A stretch of 64,000 nucleotides of DNA from Candidatus Iainarchaeum sp. (GTDB taxonomy: Archaea > Iainarchaeota > Iainarchaeia > Iainarchaeales > UBA10219). Below, in pieces: positions 46,498-55,307 of this stretch. Positions within the stretch are counted from its first letter, which is position 1. Every line of letters starts with the position of its first letter. Location: contig JAGVWE010000004.1 of the NCBI GenBank assembly GCA_018304425.1, positions 64,001-128,000 of the forward strand. Direction: 5' to 3'. The notes under the pieces are model-generated. The model saw nothing but the letters and a program-made list of their open reading frames with translations, had not been told where the DNA came from and ran no database searches. The translations under genes and the position numbers were made by a program.

Positions 46498-48030
46498 TCA
46501 GCGGTTTGAAGGAGGCGAGTAGCTCATCCAAACCTGTTCTTGTGCGCTGGGCGCCTCGACCTGGAGCCGGTCCTTTAACAGGAGCACGGCCGCCACAATC
46601 AGGAGGACTAACAAGCCGACGGCCCAGGCATTCGAGCCCAGGGACGCCAAAGCCGTTACCCCGTCCTTGACGAGTGCTTCGGCCGCGCCTGGCAGGGTGC
46701 CGGTCAGGACCGGTTTTTCAACCTGGAAGGCAACCGGGTTCCGCGTGGACACGCCGTCCACGGAAACCACTAATGCGGCGTTGAAGACGCCTTCCCCTTT
46801 ACCCAATGGCAGCGCTTCCAATGAAAGGGTCTTCGTTTCCCCGGCCGCGAGTTCAACGTCCCTGCCTCTCACGTCCACCTGGTCGGAGGGAACGTCGACG
46901 AACACTTTCTTGGCCGAGGCCGCGTTGTTCTTCAAGGTAACCTTGACTTCTGCCTGGTCGATGACGCGCACGGCCTCCGTGTAATTCAGTACTTCGACGT
47001 CCGATGCAACCACGGGCCGTGCTTCAACTGCTTCCACGGGCAGTGCGGCTGCAGGCCTGGGCTCTGCTGTCCTCGCGGGCCTGGCCTCTTCGGCTTTCGC
47101 TGGCAACACTGGAGGCAATGGCTTTGCTTCTTCGGCCGCGTTCACGTACACGAGGAACGCCTTGGGCCCCACTGCCTGGGGTTGGAGGCTCGGATAGTGC
47201 CCCATCACCGTGAAACTGGCTTCCACGACCTCATCCGCTTCCACGGAAAGGCCTTCCAGGACCAGTTTAACGCTTCCCTGGGTGCCGGGCAAGACCACGG
47301 ACAGGGAGCCAAGGACTTGCACGTTCACGGCCTGGCTTCCCTCGTTTACCTGGACTTCGTCCACGTAAAAGGGTTCCAGGCTCTCGTTCTTGATGAAAAC
47401 GTTCTTGAACATGGTTTCGCCTTCCTGCACGGTGAAACCCTGGCCCTTCTCGTACAACACCAGGCCGATCTCCGAGTACAACGGCGCGCTGAACACGCGG
47501 TTGTTGTAGCTTTGCTCGGGCAAATTGATTTTTCCGCCCGCGTTGTAGGCCCTTGAAACGTATCCGTTGCCCAGCGACTCGATGGTGCGGTCCCTGGGAT
47601 AATAGTCCATCGAATCCATCGCGTCCGGCGCGTACCCGTAACCATAACCGTCAACGGGTTGCCCGTAGGCTGGTTGCCCGTAGGCTTCGCCCCCATAAGG
47701 CGGGAACGCGTAATCATCGTAAGCATAATTGCCGTAAGCATAATCGTCGTACGCGTAGCGGTTGCCGAACCCGGCTTCCGGGTTCCCGTAGCCGACGCCG
47801 GCTCCGACCAAGAGTTCTTCGGGGAACTCGGCGTCCACGACATAGCTGTTCCGGATGGTGTACTCCGCGCCCTGTTCGAAGGGACTGGAGTTCACCGAGG
47901 GAAACGCCCAGCTTCCGCCGTTGGAGTACAAACCGTACTGCCCATAGGGAGCAGTCTGTCCATAGCCTTCGGCGAACGCTCCGCCGAGCAAGGCCAGGAA
48001 GGCAATCAAAACGGTGAATAGCTTGTTCAT
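46498..48030 (-). CDS. Membrane-anchored surface protein: signal peptide, Tyr/Gly/Asp-rich region, Ig-like domains, C-terminal TM
   Basis: N-terminal hydrophobic signal, YAYDDYAY-like repeats, beta-strand pattern, TM AVGLLVLLIVAAVLLL. Confidence 0.75.
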   Translation of the reverse strand: MNKLFTVLIAFLALLGGAFAEGYGQTAPYGQYGLYSNGGSWAFPSVNSSPFEQGAEYTIRNSYVVDAEFPEELLVGAGVGYGNPEAGFGNRYAYDDYAYGNYAYDDYAFPPYGGEAYGQPAYGQPVDGYGYGYAPDAMDSMDYYPRDRTIESLGNGYVSRAYNAGGKINLPEQSYNNRVFSAPLYSEIGLVLYEKGQGFTVQEGETMFKNVFIKNESLEPFYVDEVQVNEGSQAVNVQVLGSLSVVLPGTQGSVKLVLEGLSVEADEVVEASFTVMGHYPSLQPQAVGPKAFLVYVNAAEEAKPLPPVLPAKAEEARPARTAEPRPAAALPVEAVEARPVVASDVEVLNYTEAVRVIDQAEVKVTLKNNAASAKKVFVDVPSDQVDVRGRDVELAAGETKTLSLEALPLGKGEGVFNAALVVSVDGVSTRNPVAFQVEKPVLTGTLPGAAEALVKDGVTALASLGSNAWAVGLLVLLIVAAVLLLKDRLQVEAPSAQEQVWMSYSPPSNR

Positions 48031-48042
48031 TGGTTTTCCTCC

Positions 48043-48813
48043 TTAGGGGTCCGGGTTCTTTGCCACGTCTCTGGAAGTGCTGTAAGCGGTGTCGTAATCC
48101 CGGTTATTGGGGTAAACGATGGTCCTCCGGTCGTAGCTGCCGAAGCTCCCGTCTCCCGTCAGCGTGGCCTTGACGGTGCCGCTGACCGTGCAGGGCTTGC
48201 CGGTAACGCTTTGCCCGATGACCCGCACGTTCAAGGCCGACAAATTTTCCTGGGCGTCGAACGCTGCGCTGACCGGGATGCTGATGCTTCCCCTTTTCCC
48301 GTTTCCAATCGTTGACCTGGACTGGACGGCTTTTCCGGCCCGCGTGTTAAGCGTGTCCCGGACCTGGACGTCGTTGACTTGGAAGCTCGTGCCGCTCCGG
48401 TTTCTCAGGGTGAGCGTGGCTTCCGATGCCGAGCCCCGGGGCACGACGATTTCCGCGTCGCTGAGCGAGAGGTTTCCGCAGTTGGTCCGGGGCGTTGAAA
48501 CCGTCCGGCTGCCGTAGGAGCCGAACTCGTAGCCGTAGCCCGGCACTCCCACGAGGTAAGCGGCGTTGGCGGGGTACCCATCGTAAGTGAAGGGAGTGGG
48601 TGCGTAGACGTCGTAAGCAGCAGTCGAAGCGTAGTTGGCTGGGTAACCATAATCGTAGTAGGCTGGGTAGGCGGCCGGGTAGGCATAGCCCTCGTACCCA
48701 TAACTGATGCCGATGGCGCGGTGCTTGTCCGCGTAGAAGACGCTGTAACTGGCGCTGACACTGGCGGCCAATCCAATCAAAACCAATACCATCAAGGCAT
48801 GCAGCTTGTTCAT
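48043..48813 (-). CDS. Secreted Tyr-rich protein with an Ig-like domain
   Basis: Signal peptide, YPAAYPAYYDYGY region, domain flanked by two Cys; N-terminus MNKL as in its neighbour. Confidence 0.72.
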   Translation of the reverse strand: MNKLHALMVLVLIGLAASVSASYSVFYADKHRAIGISYGYEGYAYPAAYPAYYDYGYPANYASTAAYDVYAPTPFTYDGYPANAAYLVGVPGYGYEFGSYGSRTVSTPRTNCGNLSLSDAEIVVPRGSASEATLTLRNRSGTSFQVNDVQVRDTLNTRAGKAVQSRSTIGNGKRGSISIPVSAAFDAQENLSALNVRVIGQSVTGKPCTVSGTVKATLTGDGSFGSYDRRTIVYPNNRDYDTAYSTSRDVAKNPDP

Positions 48814-48952
48814 CAAGGACCTCCCTTGTTTTTACCACTCGAGAGTGGCATACTAACTATGCAGCCGAAGAGGTATTTAAAGCTATGCCCAAGAGTAACG
48901 TGAATTAGTGACAAATTGGGTGTTTGGTGGGCTTTGCCCGTTTGCAGCTATT

Positions 48953-49819
48953 TTAAGCCTCTTCCACGGCTAGTTCGAATCGCTTTTTTACCCGAATCCG
49001 TGGCCTTTCCCCTGGCTTTGCCTTGGCCGCCCAAAGCGCGAAGTAACCCGCGCCCTGCATCGGGCGGTGCTTCTCCCGGACCCGGATGACCGCCGCGTCC
49101 ACCTGGAACCCCCTTCGCGCCAGCTTCTGAGCCAGGGATTCCATGGAAACAAGCATGGGCGAGGCCTTGGATGAAACGGTTGCCCCCGGCACAATCCTTG
49201 CAAGCCCCCGCTCAGTCTGCTTCGTGCGTGCGCGCACAAGCTCCGGCAGGTAGATGGGGAGGGGCACGACGCGCTTGGCTCCCGTCGGATAGTGTTCGGT
49301 CAACCCAAACCGGTAATCATGGGAGTGGTCAATCAACAGTAACCGGTTGAACCGGGCCGCAAGCCGTTCGAGTGCGGGCCCCCTTTCCTGCGGCCGCAAG
49401 TGCGTGAAAACCTCGTTCAGGATGAGGAGGTTGTTCCCATCCACGCGGACATCCAAATTCCGGACATCGGCTTGGACGAATTCCATTCCCGGCCCTGCCC
49501 TTCCCATGCTTGCCTGCAATTGCTTCAACAAAGCAGGAGACGAATCCACGAACACCACGCGCTTGAATCCAAACTGGTTTGCCAGCGGAGCGTTTCCTGC
49601 GCCCACCTCGACCGCTGTGACGTTTTTCGCTTCGGGGCCGAGCTTTCGTTCGACGAACCCGATGAGCTTGCCATGCAAGAGGTTGGCAATCGTCCTATCC
49701 GGTGCGGCTCGCCCCATCGCATCATAGGCCTGCGTTGCCTCCCACCATGCCCGCCTTTCCCCTCGCCTTTCCTCGGCCCTCTGGCGGGCCTGCCTGCGCG
49801 GATTGCTTCTTTTAGGCAT
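48953..49819 (-). CDS. Class I SAM-dependent methyltransferase-like protein with an Arg-rich N-terminus
   Basis: VEVGAGNA (motif I), FVDSS, FVQADVR, NEVFTHL; TTATAT about 24 nt upstream. Confidence 0.75.
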   Translation of the reverse strand: MPKRSNPRRQARQRAEERRGERRAWWEATQAYDAMGRAAPDRTIANLLHGKLIGFVERKLGPEAKNVTAVEVGAGNAPLANQFGFKRVVFVDSSPALLKQLQASMGRAGPGMEFVQADVRNLDVRVDGNNLLILNEVFTHLRPQERGPALERLAARFNRLLLIDHSHDYRFGLTEHYPTGAKRVVPLPIYLPELVRARTKQTERGLARIVPGATVSSKASPMLVSMESLAQKLARRGFQVDAAVIRVREKHRPMQGAGYFALWAAKAKPGERPRIRVKKRFELAVEEA

Positions 49820-49861
49820 TACAGAATAAGCGGATACCCAAAATATAAGGGTTGGCTTCCA

Positions 49862-51316
49862 CTAGCCCTTCACGCAAATCAGGGGCCTCACCCTAGCCAC
49901 CTTCGAACTAATCCCCGCATGGTGCACCACGTCAATGACCTGGTCAATGTCCTTGTAAGCCCCCGGAGCCTCTTCCGCGATGCCCTTCAAGCCATGGCCC
50001 TTGATGATGATTCCGCGCCTGGCCAACTCGTCCACGACCCCCTTTCCCGTCCACTGCTTCAACGCCCCCACCCTGGACATGGTCCTTCCAGCCCCATGCA
50101 CGGTGCTGCCAAAGGTTTCCTCCATCGCGGTCCGCGTGCCCTTCAAGATGTAACTCGCCGTGCCCATCGTGCCCCCAATGATGACCGGTTGCCCGACTTT
50201 GCGGTACTTTTCGGGAACCTCTTCGCGTCCCGGGCCAAAACTCCGCGTCGCGCCCTTCCGCTGCACCAGCAACTCTTTTTCCCTTCCATCCACCCGGTGC
50301 CGCTCGAGTTTGGCCGTGTTGTGCGCGACCCCGTAGAGCATGGGCATTTCCTCGGCCTTCAACTCGAACGTTTTCTCGAAGCACGTTCTCGCCAGATGCG
50401 TCAACACCTCGCGGTTGGCGAACGCGCAGTTGATGCCTGCATACACCGCGGACAAATACCGTTGCCCTTCCTCGGACTGGATGGGCGCGCACGCCAGTTC
50501 CCTATCCGGCACCGTCAACCCGTACCCGGGCATGGCCTTCTCCAGCACTTTCAGGTAATCCGAGCCCACCTGGTGGCCCAGCCCCCTTGAACCACAGTGA
50601 ATGCTGACAATCAACTGGTCGCGGAACAAGCCGAAGGCCTTCGCGGCCTCCTCGTCATAAATTTGTTCCACGTACTGGACCTCGCAGTAGTGGTTGCCGC
50701 TGCCCAGGGTGCCCAACTGCTTCTCGAATCGCGCCTTGGCCTCCGGGCTCACGTTCGCGGCGTTCGCGCCCCGAATGCACCCCTTTTCCTCCATCAACTC
50801 CAGGTCTTCCTTCAAGCCCAACCCGTTTTCCACGGCATAGTGGGCCCCCCTTTCCAGGACCTCGTCCACCCGGTCCTTGTCCAGCCGCACCTTGCCGCCA
50901 ATGCCGAGGCCCGCCGGAACCACGCGGTAAAGCTCTTCCGCCAGCCGCTCTTCCTTGCCCTTGACGTCCTTCCGCGTCAAGGGAGTGACAAACGTCTGCA
51001 AGCCACAGTTGATGTCATAGCCCACCAAACCGAACACGATGACCCCTTCTTGGAGGTCCATGGCGCCGACGCTGCCAATGCAGGCCCCGTAGCCCACGTG
51101 CAGGTCCGGCAACGCCAACGCGTACTTTTGCAGCCCCGGCAGGCAGGCCACGTTCTTCAACTGGGTGAGGGGGTTCCACTCCCCCTTCTTGACCTCGTCC
51201 AAGACGTGCCCGACAATGTAGGGGTTCGCGTACACCCTTCCAGGAACCCTCATCTGCCCGCTCATGGGCAGCTCCCAAACCCATTCACTGGCCTGCCGCA
51301 ACTCGCTCCTACTCAT
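49862..51316 (-). CDS. rtcB: RNA ligase RtcB
   Basis: PDLHVGYG, GYDINCG, LGTLGSGNHY, HGAGR, EEAPGAYKD; no intein. Confidence 0.98.
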   Translation of the reverse strand: MSRSELRQASEWVWELPMSGQMRVPGRVYANPYIVGHVLDEVKKGEWNPLTQLKNVACLPGLQKYALALPDLHVGYGACIGSVGAMDLQEGVIVFGLVGYDINCGLQTFVTPLTRKDVKGKEERLAEELYRVVPAGLGIGGKVRLDKDRVDEVLERGAHYAVENGLGLKEDLELMEEKGCIRGANAANVSPEAKARFEKQLGTLGSGNHYCEVQYVEQIYDEEAAKAFGLFRDQLIVSIHCGSRGLGHQVGSDYLKVLEKAMPGYGLTVPDRELACAPIQSEEGQRYLSAVYAGINCAFANREVLTHLARTCFEKTFELKAEEMPMLYGVAHNTAKLERHRVDGREKELLVQRKGATRSFGPGREEVPEKYRKVGQPVIIGGTMGTASYILKGTRTAMEETFGSTVHGAGRTMSRVGALKQWTGKGVVDELARRGIIIKGHGLKGIAEEAPGAYKDIDQVIDVVHHAGISSKVARVRPLICVKG

Positions 51317-51738
51317 ACATCCACCACACATTCCGCGACAAACCCCTGCGGCGTTTTCCTGACCGACAACTGGTAGAAGGTCGCGGCCTTGACCTCGGTC
51401 TTGGGCTCGTGCCGGTTGGGGTCGAACTTTTCGCCCCATGCGCTGGCCTTCAGTCCCCACTGTCCGGGCCCCTGCCGGAGGTCCTTGACCTCGAACCGCG
51501 AGAACACCATGCCCTGCACGTCCCGTACGTACAACAGGTTGTTGAGGAACTCGGGCAGCAAGGCCTCCAAGTCGGAGGCGTGCGCGTCAAACTGCACCTT
51601 CTTCTTGGGCGCCACCCGTTCAACGTCCACCATGGCCGAGAACATGGCCTTCGCGCATTCCTCGAACGCCTGCTCGCAGGTCTTGCCCTTTCCCCTCACT
51701 CCGATGTCGGCGCGGTGCTCGAACAACTCGTAGGACAT
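51313..51738 (-). CDS. Archease
   Basis: FEHRADIG, EVKAATFY, VDV; overlaps the rtcB start. Confidence 0.96.
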   Translation of the reverse strand: MSYELFEHRADIGVRGKGKTCEQAFEECAKAMFSAMVDVERVAPKKKVQFDAHASDLEALLPEFLNNLLYVRDVQGMVFSRFEVKDLRQGPGQWGLKASAWGEKFDPNRHEPKTEVKAATFYQLSVRKTPQGFVAECVVDV

Positions 51739-51783
51739 AACAACTCCCATGACCCTTTGCAGGGAAACGTTTATAGGCTCTGC

Positions 51784-52557
51784 TTATTCGTGGCCCCTTT
51801 GTAATTCGGAAAACCGCCCTCTTGCTTCCCTTAGCCGCCTGTTGAGCCGGTATTTTTCCCCCACATCCTTCACATATTCGTCCCACAATCGTTGCAGGAT
51901 GAGCACTTCACGCAGTGCTTTCCTTTCGGGCCACGGAAGCGTATAATACAACTGATAAGTCTTGTTATCCGGGAACAATTCCCGCTTAGGCTGGCGGGCG
52001 CTCCACCGCAGGCGCAGCCATTCCTCGTAACGCTCGTGCCTGAAGAGCATTGCTTCAACTCTGGCCTTGTAGTGATAAAGCGTCTGCACGCTGACCTTCA
52101 ATTCCTTGGCCATTTCCGCCGTCGGCCGTTCTCCCGCCATAAGCCGCGTTACCAATTCACGTTGCACCCTTTTCGGCAACCTGCGCGGGTTCTCGATGCC
52201 GTGCTTCTTCGCCAACTCACTGATTTCACTCATGCCCTTGCCAGTCTTTTCAGCCACCCGCTTGAACTCGCGCCCCCCCTGCAGCAAGCGGAGCGCCCGC
52301 TGGGTCCGGTGCGTTCTCCATGACTGCAGTCCGGCGGCTCGCATGACTTGTTCCACGAAGGGCTTTGAAACGCTTTCCAGTTTTGCCACTTCAGCCGGAA
52401 ACAATTTATGGTATTTGAGCGCGTCAATGATTCGCCGAATCGACAACTCCCGTTCTTTGGGCGAACGCCATCTTTTCAGCGACTTGTGGGCAAACTTCCG
52501 GCCCCGCTCCTGGAACCGTTTGAACTCGGCCTCGATGTTGACGCGCGGCGCAGGCAT
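51784..52557 (-). CDS. Arg-rich multi-HTH orphan
   Basis: FKRVAEKTGKGMSEIS and TAEMAKELKVSVQTLYHYK HTHs; HERYEEWLRLRW motif. Confidence 0.7.
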   Translation of the reverse strand: MPAPRVNIEAEFKRFQERGRKFAHKSLKRWRSPKERELSIRRIIDALKYHKLFPAEVAKLESVSKPFVEQVMRAAGLQSWRTHRTQRALRLLQGGREFKRVAEKTGKGMSEISELAKKHGIENPRRLPKRVQRELVTRLMAGERPTAEMAKELKVSVQTLYHYKARVEAMLFRHERYEEWLRLRWSARQPKRELFPDNKTYQLYYTLPWPERKALREVLILQRLWDEYVKDVGEKYRLNRRLREARGRFSELQRGHE

Positions 52558-52559
52558 GC

Positions 52560-53381
52560 TTATTTCCCCCCAATCAGGTTCCGCCAGGCCTGCGCGTGGC
52601 GCTCCGCCTGTCGGTTGAACCAGTCTGGAATCCGCAAACCTGAGGTCTCCGCATATTCAACGAATTGTGCCTCCATTTCCAACAGCTGAAGCAGCAAGTC
52701 TTTTCGCTTGGCGTGGGTGCCCTGCTCTGCCCTTTCGTAGAGGCTCTGCCGGCTGAGGACTTCCTTGAGAATGCGTTTGCCTTCCTCCCGCAATTTGGGC
52801 CACCTCAGGTGCACCCAGTCTTCAAATCTCTCGGCGTGGTAAAGAGCCTGCAACCGCAAAGCTTCTGACCTCCATTTATTCCGTTCCCGCTGGGCCGTGG
52901 AAAGCGTTACCCCTGCATTTCGGGCGGCAGCAGTGACCCCGCCGGAATCGAGTTCTGCCCTTAACCGGGCACGCTCTTCCGGCGACAGCCTACGGCCGTG
53001 CGTGGCTTCGAACCGGGACCGTTGGCCGCGCGCGGTCGCAATCCGCTTTGCCTGCTGGGTTGACAAACCCGTGGCCGTTCCCGCTGCCTGGTAGGAAACC
53101 CCTTGTCCGACCATGGCGGCCACGCGTTGTCGGCGCACCTCGCGCCCCGGGACGGGGACGAAGAACCCCTCCACCGCTTGGACAAACTTTCGGTTCACGC
53201 CGTGGCGTCTTGCTATTTTCAGTTGGGTGAGCGGCCTCCTCGAATTGGCGAGGTCGCCGACGATGCGCCAAATCGCTTGCACCCGCGCCTCCGGCGTCCC
53301 CCACTTGGCCTTGGCGCCGGAACCGAAAGAGGCCAGGAACGCTGCCTGGGTCGAAGGCCGTTTCCGTGCAAGCATACCCAT
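52560..53381 (-). CDS. Arg-rich multi-HTH orphan, paralogue of its neighbour
   Basis: Three HTH-like segments (IARRHGVNRKFV, YQAAGTATGLSTQQA, VTAAARNAGVTLSTA); HAERFEDWVHLRW motif. Confidence 0.7.
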   Translation of the reverse strand: MGMLARKRPSTQAAFLASFGSGAKAKWGTPEARVQAIWRIVGDLANSRRPLTQLKIARRHGVNRKFVQAVEGFFVPVPGREVRRQRVAAMVGQGVSYQAAGTATGLSTQQAKRIATARGQRSRFEATHGRRLSPEERARLRAELDSGGVTAAARNAGVTLSTAQRERNKWRSEALRLQALYHAERFEDWVHLRWPKLREEGKRILKEVLSRQSLYERAEQGTHAKRKDLLLQLLEMEAQFVEYAETSGLRIPDWFNRQAERHAQAWRNLIGGK

Positions 53382-53465
53382 ATGGGGTGCGACCCCGAAT
53401 AAATAGCTTTGGCCAGCCTTCCGGCAAGGCCTTAAAAGCTTTCAACGACAAACAGCGGAGGAATT

Positions 53466-53774
53466 TCACTCTTTCAATTCGATTTCCATGTGGACGTTTT
53501 CCGGGATTTCCACGCGCATGATGCGGCGCAAAGTCCTTTCGTCGGATTCAATGTCGATGAGTCGCTTGTGGATGCGCATCTGCCAGTGCTCATAGCTTTC
53601 AGTGCCGCCTCCACAGGGGCTCTTCCGGGTGGGGATGACGAGCTTCTTGGTGGGCAGGGGAATGCTGCCCGAGTGCTTGACGCCCGTGCGTTCCGCGACG
53701 TCCAGGATTCTCACGCAAATGTCTGTCAACTTGGCGTAGTCCGCTGAACTCAGTTTTATCCTGGCTTTCTGCAT
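53466..53774 (-). CDS. rps10: 30S ribosomal protein uS10
   Basis: ARIKL, IPLPTK, RKSPCG.G, RIHKRLID. Confidence 0.97.
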   Translation of the reverse strand: MQKARIKLSSADYAKLTDICVRILDVAERTGVKHSGSIPLPTKKLVIPTRKSPCGGGTESYEHWQMRIHKRLIDIESDERTLRRIMRVEIPENVHMEIELKE

Positions 53775-53834
53775 TCCGATGCCTTTCCCGAATAAAAATA
53801 TGGATGGGCCGGCCGCAAGGCCGGTTCCCTGCCA

Positions 53835-55103
53835 TTACTTGCGTTGGTTGATGCTCACGACCATGCCGGCTGCCACGGTCTGGCCCATGTCCCGGATGGC
53901 GAACCTGCCCAGTTGCGGGAACTTCTTGAATTCTTCCACGCACACGGGCTTCAACGGCTTTACCTTGACTATTGCCGCGTCGCCGGTCTTCAAGAACTTG
54001 GGGTTCTCTTCCTTGGTGGCCCCGGTCTTGGGGTCGAGTTTCTTCTGCAATTCCACCAGGGAACAACTCAACTGTGCGGTGTGAATGTGGAACACCGGCG
54101 TGTAGTTGACCGGAATAGCGGTGGGGTGGTTCAAGACCACGATTTGGGCCGTGAAGTCGGTGGCCACTGTCGGCGGGTCGTTGGGGTGTCCAACCACGTC
54201 GCCTCTCGCGCAGTCGGTCTTTTCCAGGCCGCGCACGTTGAACCCGATGTTGTCCCCGGGCAGGGCCTGCGTCAACTGCTCGTGGTGCATTTCCACGGTC
54301 TTGACTTCGCAGACCTTTCCCGTGGGGTTGAAGATGACCTTGTCACCGGGCTTCAGGATGCCGGTTTCGACCCTGCCAACTGGCACGGTGCCAACACCCT
54401 TGATGTTGTACACGTCCTGGATGGGCAGCCTCAAAGGCTTGTCGGTCGGGGGCGTCGGAGCGACCAAGGCGTCCAAGGTGTCAACCAAGGAAATGCCCTT
54501 GTACCAGGCCATCTTGGGGGAAACCTTTGCCACGTTGTCGCCTTCCCAGGCCGAAATGGGCACGTACTTGACCTGGTCAGCCTTGTAACCGATGCCGGTC
54601 AAGAGCTTGGACACGTCGTCCTTCATGGCGGTGAACTTCTTTTCCTCGTAGCCGACCTCGTCCATCTTGTTGATGGCAACGACCAATTGCTTCAAGCCCA
54701 TGACCTGCGCGAGGAACGCGTGTTCCTTGGTCTGGGCCTGGACGCCGTCCTTGCATGACACGACCAGCACGGCCGCGTCGGCCTGGCTGGTTCCCGTGAT
54801 CATGTTCTTGACGAAGTCCCGGTGTCCAGGAGCGTCAATGATGGTGAAGTCGTTCTTCTTGGCCTTGAACTTCCGGTAGGAAACGTCGATGGTGACACCG
54901 CGTTCCCTTTCCTCCTTCAATTGGTCCATTACGTAAGCGAATACAAAGGTTCCCTTTCCCTGGGCCTCGGCTTCCGCTTTCAGTTTGCGGTAGTCTTGTT
55001 CGCTCAAAGCCCCGGTATCGTAGAGCAGTCTCCCGACTGTGGTCGACTTTCCGTGGTCGACGTGGCCGATGAAGACCAGGTTCATGTGATTTCTTTCTGC
55101 CAT
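53835..55103 (-). CDS. tuf: Elongation factor EF-1 alpha
   Basis: [36 protein letters not shown]; SD GGAGGTG. Confidence 0.99.
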   Translation of the reverse strand: MAERNHMNLVFIGHVDHGKSTTVGRLLYDTGALSEQDYRKLKAEAEAQGKGTFVFAYVMDQLKEERERGVTIDVSYRKFKAKKNDFTIIDAPGHRDFVKNMITGTSQADAAVLVVSCKDGVQAQTKEHAFLAQVMGLKQLVVAINKMDEVGYEEKKFTAMKDDVSKLLTGIGYKADQVKYVPISAWEGDNVAKVSPKMAWYKGISLVDTLDALVAPTPPTDKPLRLPIQDVYNIKGVGTVPVGRVETGILKPGDKVIFNPTGKVCEVKTVEMHHEQLTQALPGDNIGFNVRGLEKTDCARGDVVGHPNDPPTVATDFTAQIVVLNHPTAIPVNYTPVFHIHTAQLSCSLVELQKKLDPKTGATKEENPKFLKTGDAAIVKVKPLKPVCVEEFKKFPQLGRFAIRDMGQTVAAGMVVSINQRK

Positions 55104-55307
55104 TAATGCACACCTCCAAACTTGCCGGATACGCCGGCCCTCACAAGTCAGAAGTTGCCGAAAAATCGTGCAACCCACAAATCTTGTTAGCCCCGCCCGG
55201 AGACTTGCCCCGTGGGGTTATAAGCCCCCTACAAGGGGGTTTACCATAAATCCTCTGCCTCAAGAAGGTTTAAAAAGCCATCCTCCGGCTTTTGCCGTAA
55301 AAGGCTA

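Noticed and set aside
53780-53834. GC hairpin plus U-run between EF-1A and uS10
   Set aside because: Ordinary terminator or stabiliser; lacks the tandem-GA motif.
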